Positions 55,072 through 64,000 of a stretch of 64,000 nt of DNA are shown here, piece after piece. Position numbers and translations under genes: made by a program. Position 1 is the first letter of the stretch; the number at the start of each line of letters is the position of its first letter. Location of the stretch: the NCBI GenBank assembly GCA_018672055.1, contig JABHGM010000001.1:507494-571493 (forward strand), given 5' to 3'. Source of the DNA: a bacterium (lineage in GTDB: Bacteria; Patescibacteriota; Patescibacteriia; UBA1558; UBA10009). Under the pieces are notes generated by a model. It was not told where the DNA came from, searched no databases, and saw nothing but the letters and a program-made list of their open reading frames with translations.

Positions 55072-56451
55072 ATGAAAAAGCTTGAATTAATATTTGCTGC
55101 TATATTAGTACCATTTGATTATTTGGTACTTCTTTTATCAGGTACTTTAGCCTATTTTTTAAGATTTGAATCATTTGTTACTGAAATAAGGCCTGTTGTA
55201 TTTACTATGTCATATAGTGATTTTTTTAATGTTTTAACCATTGCTTCACTTGCTTGGATTGTGGTATTTGCTATGTCAGGATTATATACTATTGAAAGAA
55301 GAAGTTTACTTAAAAATGTTACTAAAATAATAATTGCTTGTTCAGCTGCTACTTTAATAATTGTAGTAGCTTTTTTCTTTAACTTTCAACTATTTAATTC
55401 AAGACTTATTATTTTAACTGGTTGGATATTATCAATATTTTTTATCTCCATTGATAGAATATTAATTCATTATGTTAAAAAGATATTCTATAAAAAAGGT
55501 ATCGGTGTTAGGCAAGTAGTAATAATTGGTGAGGGTAGTAATGCACACGAGATTATAAATGAGTTTAATAGTAAACCTAGTTATGGTTTTAAAATAGTAA
55601 AGCACTTTAATCATTTTAATGAATTAGAATTAAAAGAACTAATTAAAAATAATAATATTGATGATTTAATATTAGCCGGTAGTGAATTAACCGAAGATGA
55701 GAAGAATAAGGTAGTTAATTTGTGTTTAGATAATAATTTAACATATAAGTTCGTAGCTTCTTTGTTAGAGACTAAAATAAGTAATTTTAAATTTAGTACT
55801 ATTGCTGGAGTACCAGTAATTGAAGTTGGACATACTCGTTTAGATGGTTGGGGTAGGATAATAAAAAGAATATTTGATTTTATAATGTCTTTAATTATTT
55901 TTATTATACTACTTCCTTTTTTAATACTAATTGGTCTTATAATAATATTTACTTCTCGTGGTCCAATGATTGTTAGATTATTAAGAATAGGGGATAATGG
56001 AGAGAAGTTTAAAATGTATAAATTTAGATCTATGGTTAAGGATGCTCATAAAATGAAACAAGATTTAACTGATTTTAATGAAAGAGCTGATGGTCCTTTA
56101 TTCAAAATGCATGATGATCCTAGAATAACAAAGTTTGGTAAATTTATTCGTAAGTATAGCTTAGATGAATTACCTCAACTGATTAACGTAATACGCGGAC
56201 AAATGAGTTTAGTTGGTCCACGCCCTCATGAACCACAGGAAGTAGAGAAGTATGAGGTTAAAGATAAGAAGTTACTGGCTATAAAACCTGGAATTACTGG
56301 CATGGCACAAGTATCAGGTAGAAGTGATTTAGATTGGCAGCAAGAAGTAAGACTTGATACATATTATGTTGAGAATTGGAGTTTAGGACTTGATATACAA
56401 ATAATATTAAAAACACCTAGGGCTGTTTTAGGAAAAAGAAAGGCTGTATGA
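55072..56451 (+). CDS. polyprenyl-phosphate glycosyl-1-phosphate transferase (WbaP/PglB-type priming sugar transferase)
   Basis: 4 N-terminal TM, Rossmann-like linker, C-terminal bacterial sugar-transferase domain (KFRSM ... DELPQLINVIRGQMSLVGPRP). Confidence 0.85.
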   Translation: MKKLELIFAAILVPFDYLVLLLSGTLAYFLRFESFVTEIRPVVFTMSYSDFFNVLTIASLAWIVVFAMSGLYTIERRSLLKNVTKIIIACSAATLIIVVAFFFNFQLFNSRLIILTGWILSIFFISIDRILIHYVKKIFYKKGIGVRQVVIIGEGSNAHEIINEFNSKPSYGFKIVKHFNHFNELELKELIKNNNIDDLILAGSELTEDEKNKVVNLCLDNNLTYKFVASLLETKISNFKFSTIAGVPVIEVGHTRLDGWGRIIKRIFDFIMSLIIFIILLPFLILIGLIIIFTSRGPMIVRLLRIGDNGEKFKMYKFRSMVKDAHKMKQDLTDFNERADGPLFKMHDDPRITKFGKFIRKYSLDELPQLINVIRGQMSLVGPRPHEPQEVEKYEVKDKKLLAIKPGITGMAQVSGRSDLDWQQEVRLDTYYVENWSLGLDIQIILKTPRAVLGKRKAV

Positions 56452-57563
56452 AGATAGCTTTAACTCATGATCATCTATTTCAGCTAGGAGGCGCAGAACG
56501 CGTCTTATTTGAGTTACATAATATTTTTCCTGAAAGTCCAGTATATACATTAATCCATAATCCTGAAAAAGCTGGAATATTTAAAGAATTAGATATTAGA
56601 ACTTCTTTTCTCCAAAGTTTACCTGGTGCTAAGAATCATTTTAAATGGTATTTAAGACTAATGCCTATTGCTTGGGAACAAATGAATTTTAAAGAGTATG
56701 ATGTTGTTATATCTTCATCTTCTGCTTTTTCTAAAGGCGTTTTAACACCACCTAATACATTACATATTAGTTATTGTCATTCACCAACTAGATATCTATG
56801 GTCAGACGCTCATAACTACGTTGAGGAATTAAAACAGCCTAAGATTATTAAAATGTTACTACCTTTAGTATTAAATAAATTAAGAACTTGGGATCATATA
56901 GCAGCACAAAGAGTTGATAAGTTTATTGCTAATTCTGAGTTCGTAGCTAAAAGAATTAAAAAGTATTATCAAAGAGATTCAACTGTAATATATCCTCCAG
57001 TAAATACTAAGCAGTTTAATATAGCTCCTGAAGTTGGAAATTATTATGTAATTGTTTCAAGGTTAAGACCTTACAAAAAGGTAGATATGGCTATCAATGC
57101 TTTTAATAAATTACACATTCCTCTAAAAGTAATAGGTGGTGGAGAAGAAGTTACTCATCTTAGAAAAATAGCAAAATCAAATATTGAATTTTTAGGTGAA
57201 TTACCTGATAAAGAAAGAAATGAAGTAATGAGTAAAGCTATTGCATTTATTCATCCTCAAGAAGAAGACTTTGGTATTGCTGCTGTTGAATCTATGGCTT
57301 GTGGCAGGCCAGTTATTGCATATAAATCAGGAGGAGCTTTAGAAACAATAATTGAAGGTGAAACAGGTGAATTTTTTGAAGAACAAACTTGGGAATCTTT
57401 AGCAGATACTGTAATTGAGTTTCATCAGAAAAAAAATGAGTATAATCCTGAGAGTATTAAAGTTCATGCAGAAAAATTTGATACATCTGTATTTAAAGAA
57501 AAAATAAATGATTTTGTTAATAAATCATGGCAAGAATTTTCTGGACGAAGTATTATTAAGTAA
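56448..57563 (+). CDS. glycosyltransferase family 4
   Basis: GT-B fold, C-terminal EDFGIAAVESMACGRPVIAY motif. Confidence 0.8.
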   Translation: MKIALTHDHLFQLGGAERVLFELHNIFPESPVYTLIHNPEKAGIFKELDIRTSFLQSLPGAKNHFKWYLRLMPIAWEQMNFKEYDVVISSSSAFSKGVLTPPNTLHISYCHSPTRYLWSDAHNYVEELKQPKIIKMLLPLVLNKLRTWDHIAAQRVDKFIANSEFVAKRIKKYYQRDSTVIYPPVNTKQFNIAPEVGNYYVIVSRLRPYKKVDMAINAFNKLHIPLKVIGGGEEVTHLRKIAKSNIEFLGELPDKERNEVMSKAIAFIHPQEEDFGIAAVESMACGRPVIAYKSGGALETIIEGETGEFFEEQTWESLADTVIEFHQKKNEYNPESIKVHAEKFDTSVFKEKINDFVNKSWQEFSGRSIIK

Positions 57564-57600
57564 ATTTTTAAATTTTAATAATTAATGATATAATTAGCTT

Positions 57601-58269
57601 ATGAAAATATTTTTAGATACTAGTAATATAGATGAGATTAAAAGTGCCTATAATACTGGCATGATTGATGGGGTTACAACTAACCCTTCTTTGATTGCTA
57701 AAGAAGGCAAGGATTTTAAAGAAGTTATTAATGAAATAGTTGAAATATTTAAAGATACAAAAGATACCTCTATTAGTGCTGAAGTAATTAGTACTAATGC
57801 TCAGGAAATGATTAAAGAAGCTAAAGAATTAGTCAAAATCCATAAGTTTATTGTTATTAAAGTACCAATTATACCTGAAGGTATAATTGCCATTAAAGAA
57901 CTTAGTAATCAGGGTATTAAGACTAATGCTACACTTTGCTTTTCCGCTAATCAAGCTTTACTAGCTGCTAAAGCAGGGGCTACTTATGTTAGTCCTTTTT
58001 TAGGTAGGTTAGATGATATTGGTGTATCATCATTAGATCTTATTAAAGAGATTAGAACTATTTATGATAATTTTGATTTTAAGACTGAAATATTATCTGC
58101 TAGTATTCGTTCTGTAGATCAAGTATCGCAAGTAGCTTCCTTAGGTTCAGATATTATTACTTTGCCACCTAAGATATTCAAAGAAATGTTTAAGCATGAT
58201 TTAACCGATAAAGGCTTAGCGGCTTTCTTAAAAGATTGGGAAGAATTACAAAATAAATTAGACAAATAA
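57601..58269 (+). CDS. tal: transaldolase / fructose-6-phosphate aldolase (small type)
   Basis: [21 protein letters not shown], Schiff-base Lys region VIKVP. Confidence 0.85.
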   Translation: MKIFLDTSNIDEIKSAYNTGMIDGVTTNPSLIAKEGKDFKEVINEIVEIFKDTKDTSISAEVISTNAQEMIKEAKELVKIHKFIVIKVPIIPEGIIAIKELSNQGIKTNATLCFSANQALLAAKAGATYVSPFLGRLDDIGVSSLDLIKEIRTIYDNFDFKTEILSASIRSVDQVSQVASLGSDIITLPPKIFKEMFKHDLTDKGLAAFLKDWEELQNKLDK

Positions 58270-58270
58270 T

Positions 58271-58906
58271 ATGCCTAAAGTAGTTCCAGCTATTTTATCT
58301 AAAGATTTAGATGAAATTAAAAAGAAAGTTAAATTAATTGAAGGTACTTTTGAATTATTACAAATTGATATTATGGATGGTAAGTTTGTAGAGAATTCTA
58401 CATATTATGATATCTCTGAAATTGAAAAAATTGATACTAATGTTAAATTTGAATTACATTTAATGGTCAATAATCCTGATGAAATAATAGATCAAATTAA
58501 AGGTGATAGGATAAGTAGAATTATTTTCCATATTGAACCAGTTAAAGAAAGAATAGAAGAAGTAATTCATAAAATACGTGAATTGAATATAGACGTAGGA
58601 TTAGCTTTAAATCCAAGCACAGCTTTAAAAGATATAAGTGAGTACTTACCAAAAATTGATATTGTTTTACTTATGACGGTTGAACCTGGTTGGTCAGGTC
58701 AGGGATTTTTAGAAAGTTCATATGATAGGATAAGAGAGCTAAGAGAAATGAATCAAGAAATAGAAATAGAAATTGATGGTGGAGGAACTCTTGAAAATAT
58801 GCAACAATTATTTGATACAGGGGTAAATACTATAGCTATGAGTAGTGCTATTTTTAAATCAGAAAATATTGAAAAAGTTTTAGAGCAATTAAAAAAATAT
58901 GGATAA
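58271..58906 (+). CDS. rpe: ribulose-phosphate 3-epimerase
   Basis: VPAILS, IDIMDGKFV, HLMV, LLMTVEPG, DGG motifs. Confidence 0.8.
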   Translation: MPKVVPAILSKDLDEIKKKVKLIEGTFELLQIDIMDGKFVENSTYYDISEIEKIDTNVKFELHLMVNNPDEIIDQIKGDRISRIIFHIEPVKERIEEVIHKIRELNIDVGLALNPSTALKDISEYLPKIDIVLLMTVEPGWSGQGFLESSYDRIRELREMNQEIEIEIDGGGTLENMQQLFDTGVNTIAMSSAIFKSENIEKVLEQLKKYG

Positions 58907-59723
58907 AATAGATAATATAGAAGAATTAAAAGAGTTGGCATCTTTAATACGTCAAGATATTGTTAAAATGCTGTCAGCTGCTGGTTCAGGACATACAGGA
59001 GGTTCTTTAGGTTTAACTGATATTTTTACAGTACTTTATTTTAACATTCTAAATCATGATCCTGAAAAACCTATTTGGCCTGAAAGAGATAGACTAATAT
59101 TATCAAATGGTCATATTGTACCAGTTAGATACGCTACCATGGCTAGAGCAGGCTATTTTTCTATAACTAAACTTAAGTCTTTAAGAAAGTTAGGTAGTTT
59201 TTTACAAGGTCATCCAAGTTTACATGATTTTCCAGCTATGGAATGTTCTGGTGGACCATTAGGACAAGGTATCTCAGTATCAGTTGGTATGGCTTTAGCT
59301 GCTAAGTTAAATAAAGAAAAACATCATATATATTGTACAGTAGGTGATGGTGAATTAAATGAAGGTCAATGTTGGGAAGGCTTTATGATGGCAGCTAAGA
59401 ATAAATTAAATAATTTAACTTTTATAATTGATAGAAATAATATTCAAATAGATGGTCCAACTGACAAGGTAATGCCTCTCGATTCATTAGCAAATAAGCT
59501 TAGAGCTTTTAACTTAGATGTTAAAACAATTAATGGACATAATTACAAGCAGTTATTAAGTGAGTTAAAAATAAAAGGTAAGAATAAACCAAAAGCTATT
59601 ATTGCTAAAACTATACCAGGTAAAGGAGTTAGTTTTATGGAAAATAAATATGAGTGGCATGGTATAGCACCAAATGAAGAAGAATTAGTTAAAGCTTTAA
59701 ATGAATTAAAATATGTTAAATAA
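58899..59723 (+). CDS. transketolase, N-terminal (TPP-binding) subunit
   Basis: GHTGGSLG, GDGELNEG TPP motif; split-gene form. Confidence 0.9.
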   Translation: MDKIDNIEELKELASLIRQDIVKMLSAAGSGHTGGSLGLTDIFTVLYFNILNHDPEKPIWPERDRLILSNGHIVPVRYATMARAGYFSITKLKSLRKLGSFLQGHPSLHDFPAMECSGGPLGQGISVSVGMALAAKLNKEKHHIYCTVGDGELNEGQCWEGFMMAAKNKLNNLTFIIDRNNIQIDGPTDKVMPLDSLANKLRAFNLDVKTINGHNYKQLLSELKIKGKNKPKAIIAKTIPGKGVSFMENKYEWHGIAPNEEELVKALNELKYVK

Positions 59724-60681
59724 AAATTATTTAAATCCTGATAAATTAAAAAAACAAGCAACTCGTGCTGGTTTTGGTGATGGTTTAAATATTATAGCTA
59801 AACAAAATAAAGATGTTGTAGGTTTATGTGCAGATTTAACTGGTTCATTGAAGATGTCTAAATTTGCTAAGATGTATCCTAAAAGATTTTTTGAAATGGG
59901 TGTAGCTGAACAAAATATGGCAGGTGTAGCTGCTGGACTTGCTTTGTCTGGAAAAATACCTTACATGGGTAGCTTTTCAGCATTTTCACCAGGTAGAAAC
60001 TGGGAACAGATTAGAGTAAGTATTTGTTATAACAAAGCTAATGTCAAAATAATTGGCTCTCATGCTGGTATTACAGTAGGTGAGGATGGAGCAACACACC
60101 AAGCTTTAGAAGATATAGCTACTACGCGTGTTTTACCTAATATGGTGGTAATTAATCCAGCTGATTATGAAGAAGCTAAAAAAGCCACAATTGCAATAGG
60201 TAAATATATAGGACCTGTTTATTTAAGATTATCAAGATATACTTCACCTATTTTTACTACTAAGGACACAGCATTTAAAATAGGTAAGGGGAATATATTA
60301 CAAAGAGGTAAGGATGTTACAATATTTGCTTGCGGTATTATGGTTTATCCTGCATTATTGGCAGCTAGTAAGTTACTTAAAAATAATATTAAAGCAACAG
60401 TTGTTAATTTACATACAATTAAACCATTAGATGAAAAGTTAATTTTAAAACTTGCAGAAACAACTGGCGCTTTTGTTACAGTAGAAGAACATCAGGTTAG
60501 TGGTGGTATGGGTAGTGCTGTAGCTGAGTTTATTGTGAAAAATAATCTAGTACCTATAGAAATGTTAGGAATTGAAGATACTTTTGGTGAATCTGGTAAT
60601 GCTGATAAGTTACTTACAAAATATGGTTTAACAGTAGCTAATATTGTTAAAAAGGCTAAGCTAGTAGTTAAAAGAAAATAG
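59713..60681 (+). CDS. transketolase, C-terminal (pyrimidine-binding) subunit
   Basis: FEMGVAEQNM, GEDGATHQ, C-terminal domain; overlaps the N-terminal subunit gene by 11 nt. Confidence 0.9.
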   Translation: MLNKNYLNPDKLKKQATRAGFGDGLNIIAKQNKDVVGLCADLTGSLKMSKFAKMYPKRFFEMGVAEQNMAGVAAGLALSGKIPYMGSFSAFSPGRNWEQIRVSICYNKANVKIIGSHAGITVGEDGATHQALEDIATTRVLPNMVVINPADYEEAKKATIAIGKYIGPVYLRLSRYTSPIFTTKDTAFKIGKGNILQRGKDVTIFACGIMVYPALLAASKLLKNNIKATVVNLHTIKPLDEKLILKLAETTGAFVTVEEHQVSGGMGSAVAEFIVKNNLVPIEMLGIEDTFGESGNADKLLTKYGLTVANIVKKAKLVVKRK

Positions 60682-60689
60682 ATAACATA

Positions 60690-60716
60690 AAAACAGACTA
60701 TTATTTAATCTGTTTT
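60690..60716. terminator. weak bidirectional hairpin between convergent genes
   Basis: AAAACAGA-(11-nt loop)-TCTGTTTTTTT. Confidence 0.45.
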
Positions 60717-60727
60717 TTTAATACTAT

Positions 60728-62092
60728 TTATTGACCCGAACCTTTTAGTACAGTATTAATTGTTTTTAAAATAGTTCCTAGATCTAAAAAGAAAGATCTA
60801 TTTTTTATATAATATAAATCATATTGTAATTTTTCTAAGGTTTCTTTTTCTGAACCACCATATGATGGTCCTAGTACTTGAGCCCAACCTGTTAGACCTG
60901 GTTTAACAAGTAATCTTTCTTTGTAAAAAGGTATTTGTTTAACAAGTTCATTAATAAACTCTGGTCTTTCTGGTCTTGGTCCAACAAATGACATTTCGCC
61001 AATTAATATATTCCAGAGTTGAGGTATTTCATCAATACGAGTTTTTCTTAAAAATTTACCAAGTGTGGTAATACGTGGATCATTTTTAGTAGCCCATTGT
61101 GGTCCATTTGATTCTGCATTTTGATACATGGTTCTAAATTTGATAGCTTTAAATGTCTTATTATCTTTACCCGTTCTAATTTGTTTGAAAAATATATTTC
61201 CTTTAGATGTTATAGCTATTAGTAAACTAATAAGTGGAATGAATAATAAAGTTATAATACCTAGAAGTAAAGCTATAAAAATATCGAATAATCTTTTTTG
61301 ATTTTCATAAGCTGATTTATCTCCTTCTGATAGATTTTCTAAAAACCATGATTGATTAATATTTGAAAGAGGTATTTTTTGAAAAAGTATTTCGTAAAAA
61401 TGAGTTAATGTTATAAAATTTACTCTTAAATTTAAATTATTAAATAGTAATTTTGTGCTTTTAGAATTTAATGAGTTAGCAATAACAATTTGTTCAATAT
61501 TTTTTTCTTTAATAATTTCAGGTAATTTAGAAAGGTCAGTTATAACAGGTATAGCTGCTTGATAGTTATTGCTATAATTTTCATCAAAAATAGCTTTAGC
61601 CTTATACCCAGAAGCTTTAGCTTCATATATGACACTTGTTATTAATGGATCATAGCCTAAGAAAATTATATTTTTTTCTAAGGCTTGTATTTGAATTAAT
61701 TTAGTAAATAGTCTTCTCCATGAAAATTGTATAATACTAGTTACTATAATAATTATAGCTAAGATTGTTTTAGGAGTAATTGTTATATAATTCTGAGCTA
61801 TATAAAAATAAAAGATAGCTACTACAGTAATCATTATAGCTACTTTAATTGTATTCCCAACTAAAGTAATTAAATTTCTTGATCTTTTCAAATCATAGAA
61901 ATTAAAAGCATAATAAATTGGTAACCATAATATGAATAAAATAGCAAAAATAGGCCAGTGAATATTCCATATTTCTTGGTTAACAGGCTCTAAATATCTT
62001 ACTAATAAGGCTATATATAGACTAATAAAAAGTATTAGTATATCGCCTAATAATAGGATAAAACGCTTAAAGTTATTAATCATTTGTTTCAT
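60728..62092 (-). CDS. polyprenyl-phosphate glycosyl-1-phosphate transferase (second WbaP-like priming transferase)
   Basis: C-terminal KFRTM ... DEIPQLWNILIGEMSFVGPRP. Start moved to MKQMINN (62092), which sits 7 nt after a consensus -10; the track start at 62128 is a TTG inside the promoter. Confidence 0.8.
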   Translation of the reverse strand: MKQMINNFKRFILLLGDILILFISLYIALLVRYLEPVNQEIWNIHWPIFAILFILWLPIYYAFNFYDLKRSRNLITLVGNTIKVAIMITVVAIFYFYIAQNYITITPKTILAIIIIVTSIIQFSWRRLFTKLIQIQALEKNIIFLGYDPLITSVIYEAKASGYKAKAIFDENYSNNYQAAIPVITDLSKLPEIIKEKNIEQIVIANSLNSKSTKLLFNNLNLRVNFITLTHFYEILFQKIPLSNINQSWFLENLSEGDKSAYENQKRLFDIFIALLLGIITLLFIPLISLLIAITSKGNIFFKQIRTGKDNKTFKAIKFRTMYQNAESNGPQWATKNDPRITTLGKFLRKTRIDEIPQLWNILIGEMSFVGPRPERPEFINELVKQIPFYKERLLVKPGLTGWAQVLGPSYGGSEKETLEKLQYDLYYIKNRSFFLDLGTILKTINTVLKGSGQ

Positions 62093-62099
62093 AGGACTG

Positions 62100-62128
62100 A
62101 TTATATTGATTTTTGAGAAAAAAGTCAA
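62100..62128 (-). promoter_or_regulatory. sigma70-type promoter, leaderless (AAACATTGACT-17-TATAAT-7-ATG)
   Basis: Minus strand -35 TTGACT, -10 TATAAT; shares the AAACATTGAC upstream module with the rnpB and giant-gene promoters. Confidence 0.6.
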
Positions 62129-62182
62129 TGTTTTGTTCTTGAATTTTGTTATAAAAAATGCTATTGTTTCTATATTAAAAAT

Positions 62183-64000
62183 ATGTTAAATAAGTATTTA
62201 GAGAAAATATTATTAGTTATAATTTATGTAGGTTCTTTAGCTGTGGTCTTTGTGCCTCTTATAATTGTACCTTATTCATATTTTCCATATATTATAATTA
62301 AAACTATCATCTTGAGGACAATAATAGAAGTTGTCTTTTTAAGTTGGTTAGTTTTAATGCTCTATAAGAAAAAATATAGACCTAAGCTAACTACAATGTT
62401 TTATGTAGTAACAGGTTTTGTTTTAGTTTGGTTAGTTTCTACAATATTTAGTTCTAGTTTTACAAAAAGTTTTTGGGGTAATTCTGAAAGAATGGGTGGC
62501 TTCTTTAATTTCTTACATTATTATCTCTGGTTTGTTGTTTTAATTAGTGTTCTAAAAAATATAAAGCATTGGTATAATTTATTACTTGGTTCTTTAATAG
62601 CTAGTATTTTAATTTGTATATATTCGTTAGGTCAGCGTTTTGGTTTAAGTATTACATTTCAGTCTGGGTTAGCTAGGGTTAACGGAACAATTGGTAATGC
62701 TGCATATCTAGCTGCCTATACTCTAGTCCATTCATTTATTGCATTATACTTTTTTGTTAAATCAACTGTATTTTATCAAAGAATATTATATTTCTTAGCT
62801 TTTCTACTATTACTTGTTGTAATGTTTTTAACTAGCACTCGTGGGGCAGCTTTAGCTTTCTTTATAGCTGTTATACTATTTTTAATAGGTGCATTTATTT
62901 TTAAATTTTACAAAGAAAAAAATGCTAGACCAATAATAATATTTTTTAGTTTAATTATTTTATTCAGTTTATTTACTGGAATATTTAAAAATTTTGATAT
63001 AGTAACAAAGAATTCATATTTAAATCGTTTTGCTAATGCTTCAATTGGTGATACTACGGTACAAACTCGTTTAATCTCATGGAAAGCTGGTACTAAAACA
63101 TTTCGAGATAATTTATTAATAGGTGTTGGCCCTGAGAATTATAATATAGGGTTTAATCAATATTTTCATCCTGACTTCTATTTATATACTGGTGATGAAG
63201 TTTGGTTTGATAGAGCTCATAATACTTTAGTTGATATGATGGCTATGCTTGGTATTTTTGGTATTATTGGATATCTAGGTATTTTTGCTTTAGTCTTTAG
63301 TATTATTTGGCAATTCTATAGAAAGCAAGGTTATGCTGTTAATATGTATATCTTGGCTTTATTATTTATTGCTTACTTTTTACAAAATATATTTGTTTTT
63401 GATTCTTTAAATACATTTATATTATTTTTTATGTTACTGGCTTTTGTTGATTTCTTAGATAGATTAAATAAAGATAAAGTAGATACTGAACTTAAAGAAA
63501 CTAAATTTAGCAAGATACATCCTCTTATTCCTATTGCTTTAGTTCTTGTTATATTCTTTTCATCTTTCTTTGGTATACAACTTAAGCAAACTAAGGCTAA
63601 TGGTTATACCTACACTGGATTCTTAGCTCAAAATGAACCAGTAGATGCAAGTAACCCTGAAGTATCATTTAATAAGTTTTATCTTAATTTAAATAAAGCT
63701 ATTGATCTGGATATTAATCCTATAGATTCAATTAATACCTTAACTCAAGGTTTTCCAGGTATGGCAATTAAGTATAAGGATAAATTGGATCGTGAAGTTT
63801 TAAATGACGCTTATTTAAAAACAATTGAACTAGCAGAACATGCTTTAGAGTTAGATCCTAAAAATGTTTTTAATCATTTTCTTTTAAGTAAAGTATATAA
63901 TTCATTTGCTGAATTTACTCGTAATCCTCATTATTTAAATATTAATATTAAATTATTAGAAGAAGCTAAAGAATTAAGTCCTTCTAGAGTTAGATTATAT
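62183..64000 (+). CDS. O-antigen ligase/Wzy-like membrane protein with C-terminal extracytoplasmic helical (TPR-like) domain; 3' partial
   Basis: ORF runs from ATG 62183 to the window end with no stop (not in track); about 10 TM with LTSTRGAALAF motif typical of the O-antigen ligase (Wzy_C) family; leaderless-type -10 TATATT at 62171. Confidence 0.6.
   Translation, partial: MLNKYLEKILLVIIYVGSLAVVFVPLIIVPYSYFPYIIIKTIILRTIIEVVFLSWLVLMLYKKKYRPKLTTMFYVVTGFVLVWLVSTIFSSSFTKSFWGNSERMGGFFNFLHYYLWFVVLISVLKNIKHWYNLLLGSLIASILICIYSLGQRFGLSITFQSGLARVNGTIGNAAYLAAYTLVHSFIALYFFVKSTVFYQRILYFLAFLLLLVVMFLTSTRGAALAFFIAVILFLIGAFIFKFYKEKNARPIIIFFSLIILFSLFTGIFKNFDIVTKNSYLNRFANASIGDTTVQTRLISWKAGTKTFRDNLLIGVGPENYNIGFNQYFHPDFYLYTGDEVWFDRAHNTLVDMMAMLGIFGIIGYLGIFALVFSIIWQFYRKQGYAVNMYILALLFIAYFLQNIFVFDSLNTFILFFMLLAFVDFLDRLNKDKVDTELKETKFSKIHPLIPIALVLVIFFSSFFGIQLKQTKANGYTYTGFLAQNEPVDASNPEVSFNKFYLNLNKAIDLDINPIDSINTLTQGFPGMAIKYKDKLDREVLNDAYLKTIELAEHALELDPKNVFNHFLLSKVYNSFAEFTRNPHYLNINIKLLEEAKELSPSRVRLY

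Noticed and set aside
62093-62128. TTG start at 62128 for the minus-strand WbaP-like gene
   Set aside because: Position 62128 falls in the -35 hexamer of a consensus promoter; the ATG at 62092 is 7 nt after a TATAAT, which gives a leaderless start
1-64000. CRISPR arrays, IS elements, integrases, prophage or restriction-modification/defense cassettes
   Set aside because: No regularly spaced direct repeats, no transposase/integrase/recombinase-like ORFs, no terminal inverted repeats found; the only repeats are intragenic (HlyD coiled coil, TSP3 repeats) and promoter modules

Overview
AT-rich (roughly 28-30% GC by eye), gene-dense bacterial chromosomal segment, mostly plus-strand housekeeping genes with short intergenic gaps. 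I saw no CRISPR array, transposase, integrase or phage block. Several features fit a reduced genome, possibly Patescibacteria/CPR-like; this is inference only. Those features are recurrent leaderless promoters (TATAAT 6-7 nt before ATG), a split transketolase, a minimal ProRS, a short GrpE and an AT-rich rnpB.

Content in order along the window:
- tRNA-Thr/Tyr/Thr cluster, rpmG and tRNA-Trp.
- FKBP PPIase, then a DsbA-like/membrane fusion.
- A lipid/glycan block: GT28 MGDG-synthase-like glycosyltransferase, DMT-like transporter, clan GH-A hydrolase, DUF389-like protein and an amino-acid permease.
- A MacAB-like efflux system: long HlyD adaptor, ABC ATPase and two FtsX permeases.
- A heat-shock locus: sigma70 promoter + perfect CIRCE, hrcA, grpE, hsp20, a Zn-ribbon ORF and an antisense orphan, then dnaK-rpiB-(ArsM-like MTase)-dnaJ as one apparent operon.
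- A monocistronic unit encoding a ~1032-aa polytopic membrane protein with a lectin-like C-terminus, followed by a GT-C-like membrane glycosyltransferase. Its promoter is nearly identical to that of rnpB.
- dus and corA.
- An orphan TrwB/VirD4-like coupling-ATPase operon.
- dnaX, tRNA-Gln and bcp.
- An unknown 533-aa membrane protein, a PfkB kinase and an ADP-forming acyl-CoA synthetase.
- A CARDB + thrombospondin-type-3 Ca-binding repeat surface protein.
- A small single-gene unit with a perfect palindromic operator and tandem terminators.
- recJ-rnhA, holB, a BNR lipoprotein, frr, rseP and proS.
- mreB-mreC-mreD-pbp2-greA-mreB2.
- A surface-glycan locus: two GT4 glycosyltransferases, two WbaP-like priming transferases and an O-antigen-ligase-like protein. 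It is interrupted by rnpB (on the minus strand, hidden under a spurious ORF) and by tal-rpe-split tkt.

The most likely novel system is the giant membrane protein / GT-C pair. The secondary candidate is the orphan T4CP-like operon.
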